DNA of 49,598 nucleotides, taken from NCBI GenBank assembly GCA_030619715.1, contig JAUXAW010000004.1:1-49598 (forward strand), read 5' to 3'. Position 1 is the first letter of the stretch. Each line of letters starts with the position of its first letter. The stretch is from a candidate division WWE3 bacterium. Lineage in GTDB: Bacteria > Patescibacteriota > WWE3 > JAUXAW01. The notes under the pieces were generated by a model, which saw only the letters and a list, made by a program, of their open reading frames with translations, did not search any database and was not told the DNA's origin. Shown here one piece after another: positions 18,588 to 27,248 of the stretch. The position numbers and the translations under genes were made by a program.

Positions 18588-19936
18588 TTTGGGCCAATTT
18601 TCTTCACATCTACCAACCACCAACCCAAACCAAAAGAATTCTGGAGCGGGTGGTCAACGAATCGTACCGGCGGATTATTGCCGAGCTGAAAAAAGCGCCG
18701 AACGCCAAGTTGACCCTCAATATCACCGGCGGCCTAACCGAGCTTTTGGTCGAAAACGGCTTTGGGGACGTTGTTGAGGACCTAAAGGAGTTAGCTCACC
18801 GTGGTCAGATTGAGTTGACCGGCTCGGCCAAATACCACCCCCTTTTGCCAAAACTTCCCCAGTCCGAGGTGATTCGTCAGATTGAACTTGACCACGAGAC
18901 CAACAAGAAATACTTCGGTAATGCCTACAACCCCAAGGGTTTCTTTCCACCTGAGGCCGCCTACAACCGGGAACTGGCTCAAATCGTCGCCGACCTTGGC
19001 TTTGAGTGGATTTTGGCTGAGGAATTGTCGTATAACGGGACTTTTGGGGCGGTAAAATGGGACCGGTGTTATGAAGTTGAGGGGAGTGATTTAAAAATTT
19101 TTTTCAGAGAACGGGAATCTAGTTTTAAGATTCTTTCCGGTCAATTAGGCACTGTCAAACTTTTTGAGGATTACCTCGGCGAGCGTCTTGAGCGTAATGA
19201 GTACCTGCTGACGGCGATGGATGGTGAGACCTTCGGCCACCACCGTCCGGGGATGGAAAAGCTTTTGTTTGAGATTTACCGATCACCGCACATACGTACG
19301 GTAACGATTTCGCAGCTGCTGGAATTATTCCCTCAGACCGAAAGCGTCAAAACAATCCCCTCCACCTGGGCGTTGATGGAAAAGGATATCGAGAAAAAGG
19401 CGCCGTTTTCAAGATGGGATGACCCGGAGAATGAGATCCATAAGCTGCAGTGGGAGCTGACACAGCTTGCCATTGATAGCGTTCAAAAGACGGAAAAGCA
19501 ATGGTTGAAAGCAAGAGAACTTCTGGATCGAAGTTTGCATAGCGACCAATTCTGGTGGGCTTCGGCTCGGCCCTGGTGGAGTTTGGAGATGATCGAGCGG
19601 GGGGCTAATGAACTTAAGGGTGTGGTCCTCGCGGCACCGGATGCTTCCGAGAAGACCAAAAAGAAGGCGCAGGAGCTTTATTACGCTATTATCACCAAGG
19701 GTTTTGAGTGGCAGCGGACGGGTAAGGTTGAGGAAATCGCCCGCAAGGAGGACGAGGAAATTCGAGAAAGAACCGATGTGGGAATTCCTAAACTACCGCC
19801 GGAAGAGATTGAGAAGATGGTCGCAAACATCCGCCGGGAAATGCTTGAGGTGGTGGAGAAACAAGAATACGAGCGGGCGGCGCAGCTTAGGGATCGGATC
19901 AAGGAGTTGGAGGAGTATGCGGAGGACAAAAAATGA
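18584..19936 (+). CDS. Glycoside hydrolase family 57, paralogue 2, with C-terminal UvrB/UvrC motif
   Basis: HIYQP, FPPEAA, DGETFGHH; tail EMLEVVEKQEYERAAQLRDRIKEL. Confidence 0.9.
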   Translation: MIWANFLHIYQPPTQTKRILERVVNESYRRIIAELKKAPNAKLTLNITGGLTELLVENGFGDVVEDLKELAHRGQIELTGSAKYHPLLPKLPQSEVIRQIELDHETNKKYFGNAYNPKGFFPPEAAYNRELAQIVADLGFEWILAEELSYNGTFGAVKWDRCYEVEGSDLKIFFRERESSFKILSGQLGTVKLFEDYLGERLERNEYLLTAMDGETFGHHRPGMEKLLFEIYRSPHIRTVTISQLLELFPQTESVKTIPSTWALMEKDIEKKAPFSRWDDPENEIHKLQWELTQLAIDSVQKTEKQWLKARELLDRSLHSDQFWWASARPWWSLEMIERGANELKGVVLAAPDASEKTKKKAQELYYAIITKGFEWQRTGKVEEIARKEDEEIRERTDVGIPKLPPEEIEKMVANIRREMLEVVEKQEYERAAQLRDRIKELEEYAEDKK

Positions 19937-20928
19937 AGCTTGAGTGGCTGGGGCTTGGTGAGGCCGAGGAGAAAGTTCGAAAGGCCCTAAAAATTCCTAA
20001 AAAAAAGGCAGTTGAGGTCAAAAATGCCAATTTTGGCAAGATTAAAATCCAAAAATTTTTTGCCACTTTTAACTCCAGAACGGTTCTTGCTACATTTTTC
20101 GCCGACCCCAAAGTTGCTAAGAAAGAAGCCCTAATTCTTGATTATCTCAATTCTGTCAAGAGTTTAACTCTTGATAACACCTTTGTGGCGCCGAAAAAAC
20201 TCTATTTCAGAGACGGACTTCTGATTCGGGAGAAGGTTGCCGGTTCGATCCTGCAGCCGTGGGAGTGTTCCGACCAAATTCTTTTGCAGTTGGCTCAGAT
20301 TCTTCTTGCGTTCAAAAATGTACCTGTTCCCGACGAGCTCAAAGAATACAAGCTAAGTTTCGCCCGAATGAAAAAAGAGGCGCTAACACAGGTTCCTCAG
20401 GCAACGGAGGCCTTCACCCCTTTCCGGGGCAGTAAGGAGGTGTTTGCGCAGTTTTCTAAAGTTCTTTCTTTGGATTGGCAGCCGAGGCTGCCGCGTCTTT
20501 CTAAGGGCTTTGTTCACGGCGATTTACAGCCGGGAAATATTTTGCTTGATCCGCCGGAGGCGGACAAGCTTGGCAAGATTTCCTTGATTGACTTTGACCG
20601 CGGCGGTTACTTTTATCCACTTTTTGACGTGGCCAGTTTTGCGGTGCAGTTTACCCACGCCGCCCTTTTGGAGGGCTATCACCACAAGGAAAAACCCGAC
20701 CGACGAGAAATTCGACGCCGCGTCCAGCTTTTTGTTAGGGCGTATCGTCACGGTGCTCAGGATTTTGACGAGGAGGTTTTTAGACTTTTCAAACTTTTGA
20801 TTATCTTTAACGGATTGGCTTTTTCCACCGCCGGCTTCAGAACCAAGGTAGCCCGTGGCCACAAACACCTCCTTTTTGGTTTATTTCGCCAGGAGTTGGG
20901 GTGGTTTGTGGGTCGAGGTGTGAAGTGA
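19933..20928 (+). CDS. APH/choline-kinase-like phosphotransferase
   Basis: VHGDLQPGNIL and LIDFD motifs. Confidence 0.82.
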   Translation: MKLEWLGLGEAEEKVRKALKIPKKKAVEVKNANFGKIKIQKFFATFNSRTVLATFFADPKVAKKEALILDYLNSVKSLTLDNTFVAPKKLYFRDGLLIREKVAGSILQPWECSDQILLQLAQILLAFKNVPVPDELKEYKLSFARMKKEALTQVPQATEAFTPFRGSKEVFAQFSKVLSLDWQPRLPRLSKGFVHGDLQPGNILLDPPEADKLGKISLIDFDRGGYFYPLFDVASFAVQFTHAALLEGYHHKEKPDRREIRRRVQLFVRAYRHGAQDFDEEVFRLFKLLIIFNGLAFSTAGFRTKVARGHKHLLFGLFRQELGWFVGRGVK

Positions 20929-20971
20929 CAATAAACATTAGTCCTGGAAGGTTGTACTGACAAGGAATTCG

Positions 20972-22459
20972 ATGGGGAAGTCTGGAAAATCGAAAAAGAA
21001 AAAGTTGAAAGTTTTGATTGCGGCGTCGGAGTGTGCGCCATTTGTTAAGGTCGGTGGGTTGGCGGATGTGGTTGGGTCTTTGCCCAAAGCGCTCGAAAAG
21101 ATAAACGTTGACGTTCGTGTGGTTATTCCTTACTACAAGGAAGTGCAAAGTTCAAAGTTCAAAGTTCAAAGTTGCAATTCAAAGTTCAAAGTTAAGTTTG
21201 GGAGAGCCGAAGAGGTCGGCGTTTACGAATCGAGATTGCCTGGTTCCGAGGTTCCCATCTACTTTTTGGAAAATCAAAAGTACCTCTCCGGTGGGGGAGT
21301 TTACTTCAGCAAGGATGCTTTTGTTTCCAGTCAAGAGGAGATTAGAAGGTTTGCCTTTTTCTCAAAAGCCGTTGTTGAGTTTATTAAAGTGAGTGAACGG
21401 AAGCCCGATGTGGTTCACTGCAACGATTGGCACACCGGTTTAGTGCCGGGATTGATTAAAAGTTCAAAGTTGGGACATTCCGCAACTGTCTTCACCATTC
21501 ACAATTTAGCCAACCAGGGGTTCGCTGAATTGAGTATTTTGAAGAATTTAAACTCTATCACTCCTGAATCTGAACTGATAAGATGGGACGCAGAGGATGA
21601 TAACCTCGACCTTATGCTCCAAGGCGTCACCGCCGCCGATGTCGTTAGCACTGTCAGTCCGAGCTATGCTAAGGAGATTTTGACCCCCGAATTTGGCGAG
21701 GGGCTCCATCAAGTGCTAAAAGCACGGGAAGCCCGTCTCTTTGGTATCCTCAACGGAATCGACTACCAAATTTGGAATCCGGAGATGGATCAAAAGATCG
21801 AGTTCAACTACGGGCTCAAGGAGGGTCCGGCAGGCAAAGTGGGCAACAAGATTTATCTGCAGAAAGAGCTGGGTTTGACCGTCAATCCCGAGGTTCCTCT
21901 CATTGGAGTGGTTACTCGTCTGGCCGAGCAGAAGGGCATTGACATTCTCCTGGAGGCTCTGAAGGGTATTTTGGCTTTTGGGGCGCAGTTGGTGATTTTG
22001 GGAGTAGGTGATCCAAAAATTGAGAAAGAATTAAGGATTAAGAACGAAGAATTAAGGGAAAAGGGGAGCTTCAAGGCGATTATTAGGTTTGACGAAGAGC
22101 TCGCTCACCGTATCTACGCCGCTTCCGACCTCTTTCTGATGCCCTCCAAGTTTGAACCCTGCGGTCTGGTGCAGATTATTGCCATGCGCTACGGAGCCCT
22201 ACCGATCGTCAGGGAAACCGGGGGGCTTAAGGACACGGTCGAAGACGCCAAAACGGGGTTTGTCTTCAGGGAATACTCGGCCGAGGCTCTACTGGAAGTG
22301 GTTGAGCGTGCGGCTGGTCGCTTCGGCGTTGAAAATATTGAGTTTCGGCAAATGATTAGCAGAGCGATGCAAGCGGATTTTTCTTGGGAACGTTCGGCCG
22401 GGGAGTATTTACAACTCTATCAACGTGCGTTAGAATATAAGAACCTGCAATCCGCCTAA
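20972..22459 (+). CDS. glgA: Glycogen synthase (GT5) paralogue 2
   Basis: KVGGLADV, HCNDWH, SKFEPCGL, TGGLKDTV. Confidence 0.93.
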   Translation: MGKSGKSKKKKLKVLIAASECAPFVKVGGLADVVGSLPKALEKINVDVRVVIPYYKEVQSSKFKVQSCNSKFKVKFGRAEEVGVYESRLPGSEVPIYFLENQKYLSGGGVYFSKDAFVSSQEEIRRFAFFSKAVVEFIKVSERKPDVVHCNDWHTGLVPGLIKSSKLGHSATVFTIHNLANQGFAELSILKNLNSITPESELIRWDAEDDNLDLMLQGVTAADVVSTVSPSYAKEILTPEFGEGLHQVLKAREARLFGILNGIDYQIWNPEMDQKIEFNYGLKEGPAGKVGNKIYLQKELGLTVNPEVPLIGVVTRLAEQKGIDILLEALKGILAFGAQLVILGVGDPKIEKELRIKNEELREKGSFKAIIRFDEELAHRIYAASDLFLMPSKFEPCGLVQIIAMRYGALPIVRETGGLKDTVEDAKTGFVFREYSAEALLEVVERAAGRFGVENIEFRQMISRAMQADFSWERSAGEYLQLYQRALEYKNLQSA

Positions 22460-22524
22460 GTCGGATTGCAGAACCTTGCATTTGAGCATAGTCTCCGCTT
22501 CGCTACGACTGTTAGCTCAAAAGT
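22438..22524 (+). repeat. 79-bp dispersed element, copy 2 (inner hairpin replaced)
   Basis: Same flanks as copy 1; inner hairpin is TGCAATCCG-cctaagt-CGGATTGCA; supplies the glgA stop. Confidence 0.9.
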
Positions 22525-22544
22525 AAGAGGGAGGAAGCGTTTTG

Positions 22545-23483
22545 ATGACCAAATTCCGCCAAAACCCGATCACCAAAGAGTGGACAATTATCTCCCCGGG
22601 ACGCAAAAAAAGGCCGGTAGCGGTTGGGCCGAAATCAGCCTTGAGCGGAGCCGAAAGGTGTCCCTTTTGCGTCGGCAATGAGGACTTGGCTCCGGTTGAG
22701 GTTTATCGACTCCCCGCGGGTACGAAGGGTAATACCGAGTGGAGGACGCGGGTAATTCCCAATAAGTATCCGATCACTGATTTTCACGAGGTAATCATCC
22801 ACAGTCCCGACCACGAAAAAGACCTCGATGAGTTGCCTTTGGAGCAGGTTGAGCTCGTTCTCCGCACCTACAAGGATCGATACAATTTTTACAAAAACAA
22901 AAGATCCGACTTTTATGTCCATATCTACAACAACGCTGGCAAAGAGGCCGGAGCTTCGATAAGACATCCGCACTCACAGTTGGTGGTTTTCAACCATATT
23001 CCCGAGGAGGTGGCCGAAGAGATTGAGGGGGCTAAAGATTATTTTGAGAGAAAGGGCGTTTGTCCCTATTGCGACCTGGTCAAAAAGGAAATTAGCAGTA
23101 AGGAGAGGGTAGTGCTAGAAGGTGAGTTTTTCGTGGTCTTAACGCCTTTCCAATCCGAGTGGCCCTACGAGATTACGATTTTTCCGAAAAAGCACCAAGC
23201 CGACTTTGGTCAAATTAGCGATGAGGAGCTTGTGGACCTCGCCTCGGTCCTGCAGCAAACTTTGAAAGCATACAACAAGGTTCTTTCCAATCCCGATCGC
23301 AATTTCTGGATTCACTCACTACCCATTCGTGGAGAAGATCCTCGGGCTCAGTACTACCACTGGCACTTGGATCTGATTCCCCGCATCAAAACCCTCGGCG
23401 GATTGGAGCTTGGGGCCGGTATTATGGTCGACGACCGCGTCGGCCCCGAAACCGCCGCCAAGCAGCTGCGAGAGGTTTTGTAA
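22545..23483 (+). CDS. galT: GalT-like hexose-1-phosphate nucleotidyltransferase
   Basis: CPFC, NKYP, HEVII, GASIRHPHSQ. Confidence 0.88.
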   Translation: MTKFRQNPITKEWTIISPGRKKRPVAVGPKSALSGAERCPFCVGNEDLAPVEVYRLPAGTKGNTEWRTRVIPNKYPITDFHEVIIHSPDHEKDLDELPLEQVELVLRTYKDRYNFYKNKRSDFYVHIYNNAGKEAGASIRHPHSQLVVFNHIPEEVAEEIEGAKDYFERKGVCPYCDLVKKEISSKERVVLEGEFFVVLTPFQSEWPYEITIFPKKHQADFGQISDEELVDLASVLQQTLKAYNKVLSNPDRNFWIHSLPIRGEDPRAQYYHWHLDLIPRIKTLGGLELGAGIMVDDRVGPETAAKQLREVL

Positions 23484-23488
23484 TTCAG

Positions 23489-23524
23489 GCTCGGCTCACG
23501 ATTCACTCTTCGAGCATTCGCCCT
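23489..23524 (+). repeat. Dispersed element, copy 1
   Basis: 24 bp GCTCGGCTCACGATTCACTCTTCG identical to 38566-38589. Confidence 0.85.
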
Positions 23525-23531
23525 GCAGGCC

Positions 23532-23921
23532 CTACTTCAGTTCAACTTTCGCCCCCGCCGCCTCCAGCTTCTTCTTGGCCTCTTCGGCGTCTTCTTTCTT
23601 GGCTTTTTCCAAGACCAGCTTCGGGGCCGATTCGACCAATTCTTTGGCTTCCTTCAAACCCAACTGCTGGTTGATTTCGCGAACGGCTTTAATAACCTTG
23701 ATTTTCTGATCTCCGGCGGCAGCAAGAATGACATCATATTCGGACTTCTCTTCAGCCTTAGCCTCACCTTCAGCTTGCTCCGCTGGAGCGGCTGCGGGGG
23801 CGGCCATTGCCGCGGCACTGACACCAAACTTTTCCTCCAAGGCCTTAACCAACTCATTGAGCTCCAACACAGTCAGGGATTCAACGTCTTTGATAATACC
23901 TTCAATATCCTTTTTTGCCAT
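23532..23921 (-). CDS. rplL: 50S ribosomal protein bL12
   Basis: [30 protein letters not shown]. Confidence 0.97.
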   Translation of the reverse strand: MAKKDIEGIIKDVESLTVLELNELVKALEEKFGVSAAAMAAPAAAPAEQAEGEAKAEEKSEYDVILAAAGDQKIKVIKAVREINQQLGLKEAKELVESAPKLVLEKAKKEDAEEAKKKLEAAGAKVELK

Positions 23922-23927
23922 GATAGT

Positions 23928-24434
23928 TCACCCCGCTTTCAAAACCGTAACCAACTTCACTTGATTCCCCTTCGCCACACTAACCAGTCTGACAATGGGG
24001 GACTGTATCATTCCCACAACCTTTGCCAACAGGACCTCACGACTGGGTAGCGAGGCAATCTCTTTCAGCGTTTCACCAACTGTCCAAACCCCCTCAAAAA
24101 ACCCACCCTTGACCTTCAGCGCTTCGTGCTCTTTGGCAAACTCATACAAAACCTTCAGTGGCTTGATCTCGTCTTCATAACTCAAAACCACCGCAGTTGG
24201 TCCTGCCAACTGGTAATCAGTAATTGGTAATTGGTGATTAGTATCTTTGAGAGCCAGGTTCAGTAAAGTGTTTTTAACAACTTGATAGTCTGCCTGAAAC
24301 TTATCCAATTGCCTCCGCAACACCTCAACCTCGGGCACCGAAAGCCCGTGATAATCGGTAAGAATAACGCCTTTTGCCTTTGATAATTTTTCTTTTAAGT
24401 TTTTAACAATTTGGATCTTTTTCTCGCTAGGCAT
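23928..24434 (-). CDS. rplJ: 50S ribosomal protein uL10
   Basis: DYHGLSV, VVKNTL, LPSREVLLAK. Confidence 0.96.
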   Translation of the reverse strand: MPSEKKIQIVKNLKEKLSKAKGVILTDYHGLSVPEVEVLRRQLDKFQADYQVVKNTLLNLALKDTNHQLPITDYQLAGPTAVVLSYEDEIKPLKVLYEFAKEHEALKVKGGFFEGVWTVGETLKEIASLPSREVLLAKVVGMIQSPIVRLVSVAKGNQVKLVTVLKAG

Positions 24435-24442
24435 TTTGACCT

Positions 24443-24492
24443 CCTACACGGGCGGGAAGCCTTTAAGCTAGGCAGCTCCCGTGGTCTTAGGA
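24443..24492 (-). promoter_or_regulatory. L10 leader-like autoregulatory RNA
   Basis: Minus strand TAAGACCACGGG...TTAAA...CCCGTGTAGG just upstream of rplJ. Confidence 0.65.
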
Positions 24493-24505
24493 ACTAACTA
24501 GAGCC

Positions 24506-24534
24506 ATTTTAGCAAGTCTCAGTTCCCTCGTCAA
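24506..24534 (-). promoter_or_regulatory. rplJ promoter
   Basis: TTGACG-17 bp-TAAAAT with TG extension. Confidence 0.75.
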
Positions 24535-24570
24535 TCCTCGTATTTTTAGCTTTGAGCTGTAGTTTTGAGT

Positions 24571-24993
24571 TTACGTTACCTCTATCCCCATACTCTTCGC
24601 TGTCCCCTCAATGATTTTGATTGCGCTTTCGATGTCCTTGGCGTTTAGGTCTTTCATCTTTTCCTCGGCGATCTTCTTGACTTGCTGCCGCGTTACCTTG
24701 CCAACTTTGTCTCGACCGGTAGAACCTGCGCCCTTTTCGATTCCCGCCGCTTTTTTCAATAGAACCGAAGCCGGTGGAGTCTTGACGATAAAATCAAAAC
24801 TGCGGTCCTCATAAATCGTGATCACTGCGGGGACAACGACATCGCCCATCTCCTTGGTGCGCTCGTTATACTGCTTGCAAAAATCCATAATCGCCACACC
24901 GTGTTGACCCAAAGCAGGGCCAATGGGAGGGGCGGGAGTCGCTTTTCCGGCAGGAATATTAAGTTTGACCTTGGCTTTAACCTTTTTAACCAT
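24571..24993 (-). CDS. rplK: 50S ribosomal protein uL11
   Basis: [25 protein letters not shown]. Confidence 0.97.
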   Translation of the reverse strand: MVKKVKAKVKLNIPAGKATPAPPIGPALGQHGVAIMDFCKQYNERTKEMGDVVVPAVITIYEDRSFDFIVKTPPASVLLKKAAGIEKGAGSTGRDKVGKVTRQQVKKIAEEKMKDLNAKDIESAIKIIEGTAKSMGIEVT

Positions 24994-24996
24994 CTT

Positions 24997-25584
24997 TTAA
25001 AGCTGACTGACCTGAAGGAAGTCAAGCTCAACCGGTGTTTCTCTGCCGAATATTGATACTAAAACCTTCACCTTTCCCTTCTCATCATCAATCTCTTCAA
25101 CCTTACCGAGGAAATCGGTGAACGGGCCATCGATGATTTTGATGCTTTCGCCGACGGTAAACTTGGCCTCAAACTTCGGTGCCTCCATCTTCATAAATTT
25201 CAAAATTGCTTTGACTTCCTTCTCCGGTAGCGGGGTTGGTTTGGCGCCGATGCCAACGAAGCCAGTCACGCCGGCGGTGTTGCGAACGACCTGCCAAGTG
25301 GTATCGTTAAGTTCCATTTTGATAAGAACATAGCCCGGGAAAAGCCTTTCCTGAACCTCTTTTTTCTTACCGGACTCGATCACAATCTTGCTCTGCGTCG
25401 GCACCAGAATTTCCGCAATCTGGTCCTCTAAACCCGAAGCCTCAATTCGCTGTCGCAAGGTTGTTGCCACCTTATTTTCATGTCCCGAGGCGGTGTGAAC
25501 GACGTACCAGTGGAGCTTGTCCGCTTCTTTTTTAAGGTTTTCTTTGATTTTAGTATCAACCTGTTTCGTATCGGTTTTTTCCAT
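24997..25584 (-). CDS. nusG: Transcription factor NusG
   Basis: WYVVHTASGHE, FPGYVL, KOW motif, FGRETPVEL. Start moved to ATG 25584. Confidence 0.96.
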   Translation of the reverse strand: MEKTDTKQVDTKIKENLKKEADKLHWYVVHTASGHENKVATTLRQRIEASGLEDQIAEILVPTQSKIVIESGKKKEVQERLFPGYVLIKMELNDTTWQVVRNTAGVTGFVGIGAKPTPLPEKEVKAILKFMKMEAPKFEAKFTVGESIKIIDGPFTDFLGKVEEIDDEKGKVKVLVSIFGRETPVELDFLQVSQL

Positions 25585-25596
25585 CCTGCCGCTCCT

Positions 25597-25708
25597 AAAC
25601 TCAAAACGCAAAACCCAAATCTCAAAACCACAACTTAGATCTCAAATCTTTAAAGATTTACGGTTTTGACATGTGGATTTGAGTTTTGACATTTGAGATT
25701 TGAGATTT
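25597..25708. repeat. Inverted heptamer-array element
   Basis: AAATCTC-like units on the left, TTTGAGA-like units on the right, between secE and nusG. Confidence 0.8.
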
Positions 25709-25891
25709 TTACTTAACAATCACTCCCACCAACTTCGTCAACACGTAGTCTAGCACTCCTATGTACAGTCCTACCACCAGACTGACTCCAACCACAATCG
25801 CCGTCAGTCGCAGCGTCTGCTGCCGCGTCGGCCAAACAACCTTTTTCAGCTCCGTCTGGACCTCTTTTAAGAATTTAGTCAGTTTGTTCAT
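25709..25891 (-). CDS. secE: Preprotein translocase SecE
   Basis: ELKKVVWPTR plus one TM; upstream of nusG. Confidence 0.95.
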   Translation of the reverse strand: MNKLTKFLKEVQTELKKVVWPTRQQTLRLTAIVVGVSLVVGLYIGVLDYVLTKLVGVIVK

Positions 25892-25936
25892 AACACGCTA
25901 GGGATTCTAGCATAAGCGGGGGAGGGGAGTAAAGGA

Positions 25937-26010
25937 TGGCAGGCCCGCCCAGATTCGAACTGGGAACGGCGGTTTTGGAGACCGCTATGATACCGTTTCA
26001 CCACGGACCT
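25937..26010 (-). tRNA. tRNA-Trp(CCA)
   Basis: GCGGT-CTCCAAA-ACCGC, TTCGAAT, GCCA. Confidence 0.95.
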
Positions 26011-26015
26011 TTATC

Positions 26016-26094
26016 ACTTTTGAGCTAGTAGTCGTAGTGTAGCGAAGACTACGCTCAAATGCAAGGTTCTGCGAGCGAAGCGAGCAGGTTCTTA
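26016..26094 (-). repeat. 79-bp dispersed element, copy 3
   Basis: Reverse complement of copy 1 with a few mismatches; starts at the rpmG stop codon. Confidence 0.92.
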
Positions 26095-26262
26095 TTTTAG
26101 CTTCTTCTCTTCAACATGCATTGTGTGTTTGCGGCAGTGCTTGCAATGTTTCTTCAATTCCAATTTTTCCTTAATCTCTTTGCTTCTCGAGGTGGTGTAA
26201 TTTTGCTGCCCACACTCTTTGCATTTAAGATGAATTTTGATTCGCAAACTTTTCTTCGCCAT
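26092..26262 (-). CDS. rpmG: 50S ribosomal protein bL33
   Basis: Not in the ORF track. MAKKSLRIKIHLKCKECGQQNYTT...LELKKHCKHCRKHTMHVE, 56 aa. Confidence 0.95.
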   Translation of the reverse strand: MAKKSLRIKIHLKCKECGQQNYTTSRSKEIKEKLELKKHCKHCRKHTMHVEEKKLK

Positions 26263-26280
26263 TTCATTTCCATTTCAATC

Positions 26281-26356
26281 TGGAGCCGACGGTGAGATTC
26301 GAACTCACGACTCCCTGTTTACAAAACAGGTGCTCTAACCGCTGAGCTACGTCGGC
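26281..26356 (-). tRNA. tRNA-Thr(TGT)
   Basis: CCTGT-TTTGTAA-ACAGG, TTCGAAT, TCCA. Confidence 0.95.
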
Positions 26357-26357
26357 G

Positions 26358-26445
26358 TGGTGCGTGGGGAGGGACTCGAACCCCCGAAGCCCGTGAAGGG
26401 CATCAGATTTACAGTCTGATGCAATTGCCGCTATGCGACCCACGC
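26358..26445 (-). tRNA. tRNA-Tyr(GTA)
   Basis: TCAGA-CTGTAAA-TCTGA, long variable arm, ACCA. Confidence 0.95.
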
Positions 26446-26452
26446 GCAGAGG

Positions 26453-26527
26453 TGGAGCTGGGGGCGGGACTTGAACCCGCGACCCCCTTCTTACCACGAA
26501 GGTGCTCTACCTCTGAGCTACCCCAGC
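26453..26527 (-). tRNA. tRNA-Thr(GGT)
   Basis: CCTTC-GTGGTAA-GAAGG, TTCAAGT, TCCA. Confidence 0.95.
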
Positions 26528-26545
26528 TTGTCTTTAGTCTACCAC

Positions 26546-26573
26546 AAAAAATCCCACTTTACAAGTGGGATTT
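26546..26573 (-). terminator. Intrinsic terminator downstream of the 6S-like RNA
   Basis: AAATCCCACTT-gta-AAGTGGGATTT followed by a T-run. Confidence 0.8.
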
Positions 26574-26600
26574 AATGAATCGTTGGATAAAACACCGATT

Positions 26601-26766
26601 ATGGCACCCTGGTGGTGCCGATTCCAGCTAAGGTGACCCTAAGCGAGCCACAAGTGGGCGCCTTCCACCCCGTACCAGACGGTACAGGGCAAGAGAGGCT
26701 CCCCAAGAATTAGTTTGGAGGTTCACTCTTAGCTGGATTTTAAACGTTCACCTCAGGGTTCGCCAT
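26601..26766 (-). ncRNA. ssrS: Probable 6S RNA
   Basis: Rod fold (ACCCTG/CAGGGT, TCCAGCTAAG/CTTAGCTGGA); TGAACC, GGGAGC, GGCGCCCAC and CGGCA motifs in 6S-like order; TTGACA-17-TACAAA promoter (26796-26768). Confidence 0.72.
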
Positions 26767-26847
26767 CTTTGTAACACACTTTTGCAAGTTTGTCAAGCCC
26801 CCTTCAGTTTGATTTGGCATCGCATTTCTGCTAAACTTCCACTTACT

Positions 26848-27063
26848 ATGGCTAAGTGTCAACTTTGCGGCAAAGAAACACGATTGGGAAAAAAGAGCAC
26901 CCACAAACATGGGGGGATGTGGGCCCGGCGCGCGCCGTCGACCAAACGGAAATGGAAACCGAACTTGAGGCGGGTCAAGGTTCAGATTGGGGGCACAACC
27001 AAAACAATGAGAATCTGTGCTAAGTGCCTCAAATCGGCCCGCGTCAAGAAAGTAACGGTCTGA
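26848..27063 (+). CDS. rpmB: 50S ribosomal protein bL28
   Basis: MAKCQLCGK...TKRKWKPNL...ICAKCLKS. Confidence 0.93.
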   Translation: MAKCQLCGKETRLGKKSTHKHGGMWARRAPSTKRKWKPNLRRVKVQIGGTTKTMRICAKCLKSARVKKVTV

Positions 27064-27248
27064 CTAGTCAAAATCTTACACTTCGTGGTAGTCCTCTATC
27101 GTAAAAACACCCCCAAGCTAATAGTCCCTATAACTTAAAGTAAAATCAATATTTTCCCGTGAGAAAAATCTTACTTCTTATATCCCCTCCTGCTAGACTA
27201 CAACTCAGTAATCATTTCTCATGGCTAACCCCTTCATAACACCGTCCG

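Noticed and set aside
26264-26631. ORFs over the tRNA cluster
   Set aside because: They overlap well-formed tRNA genes.
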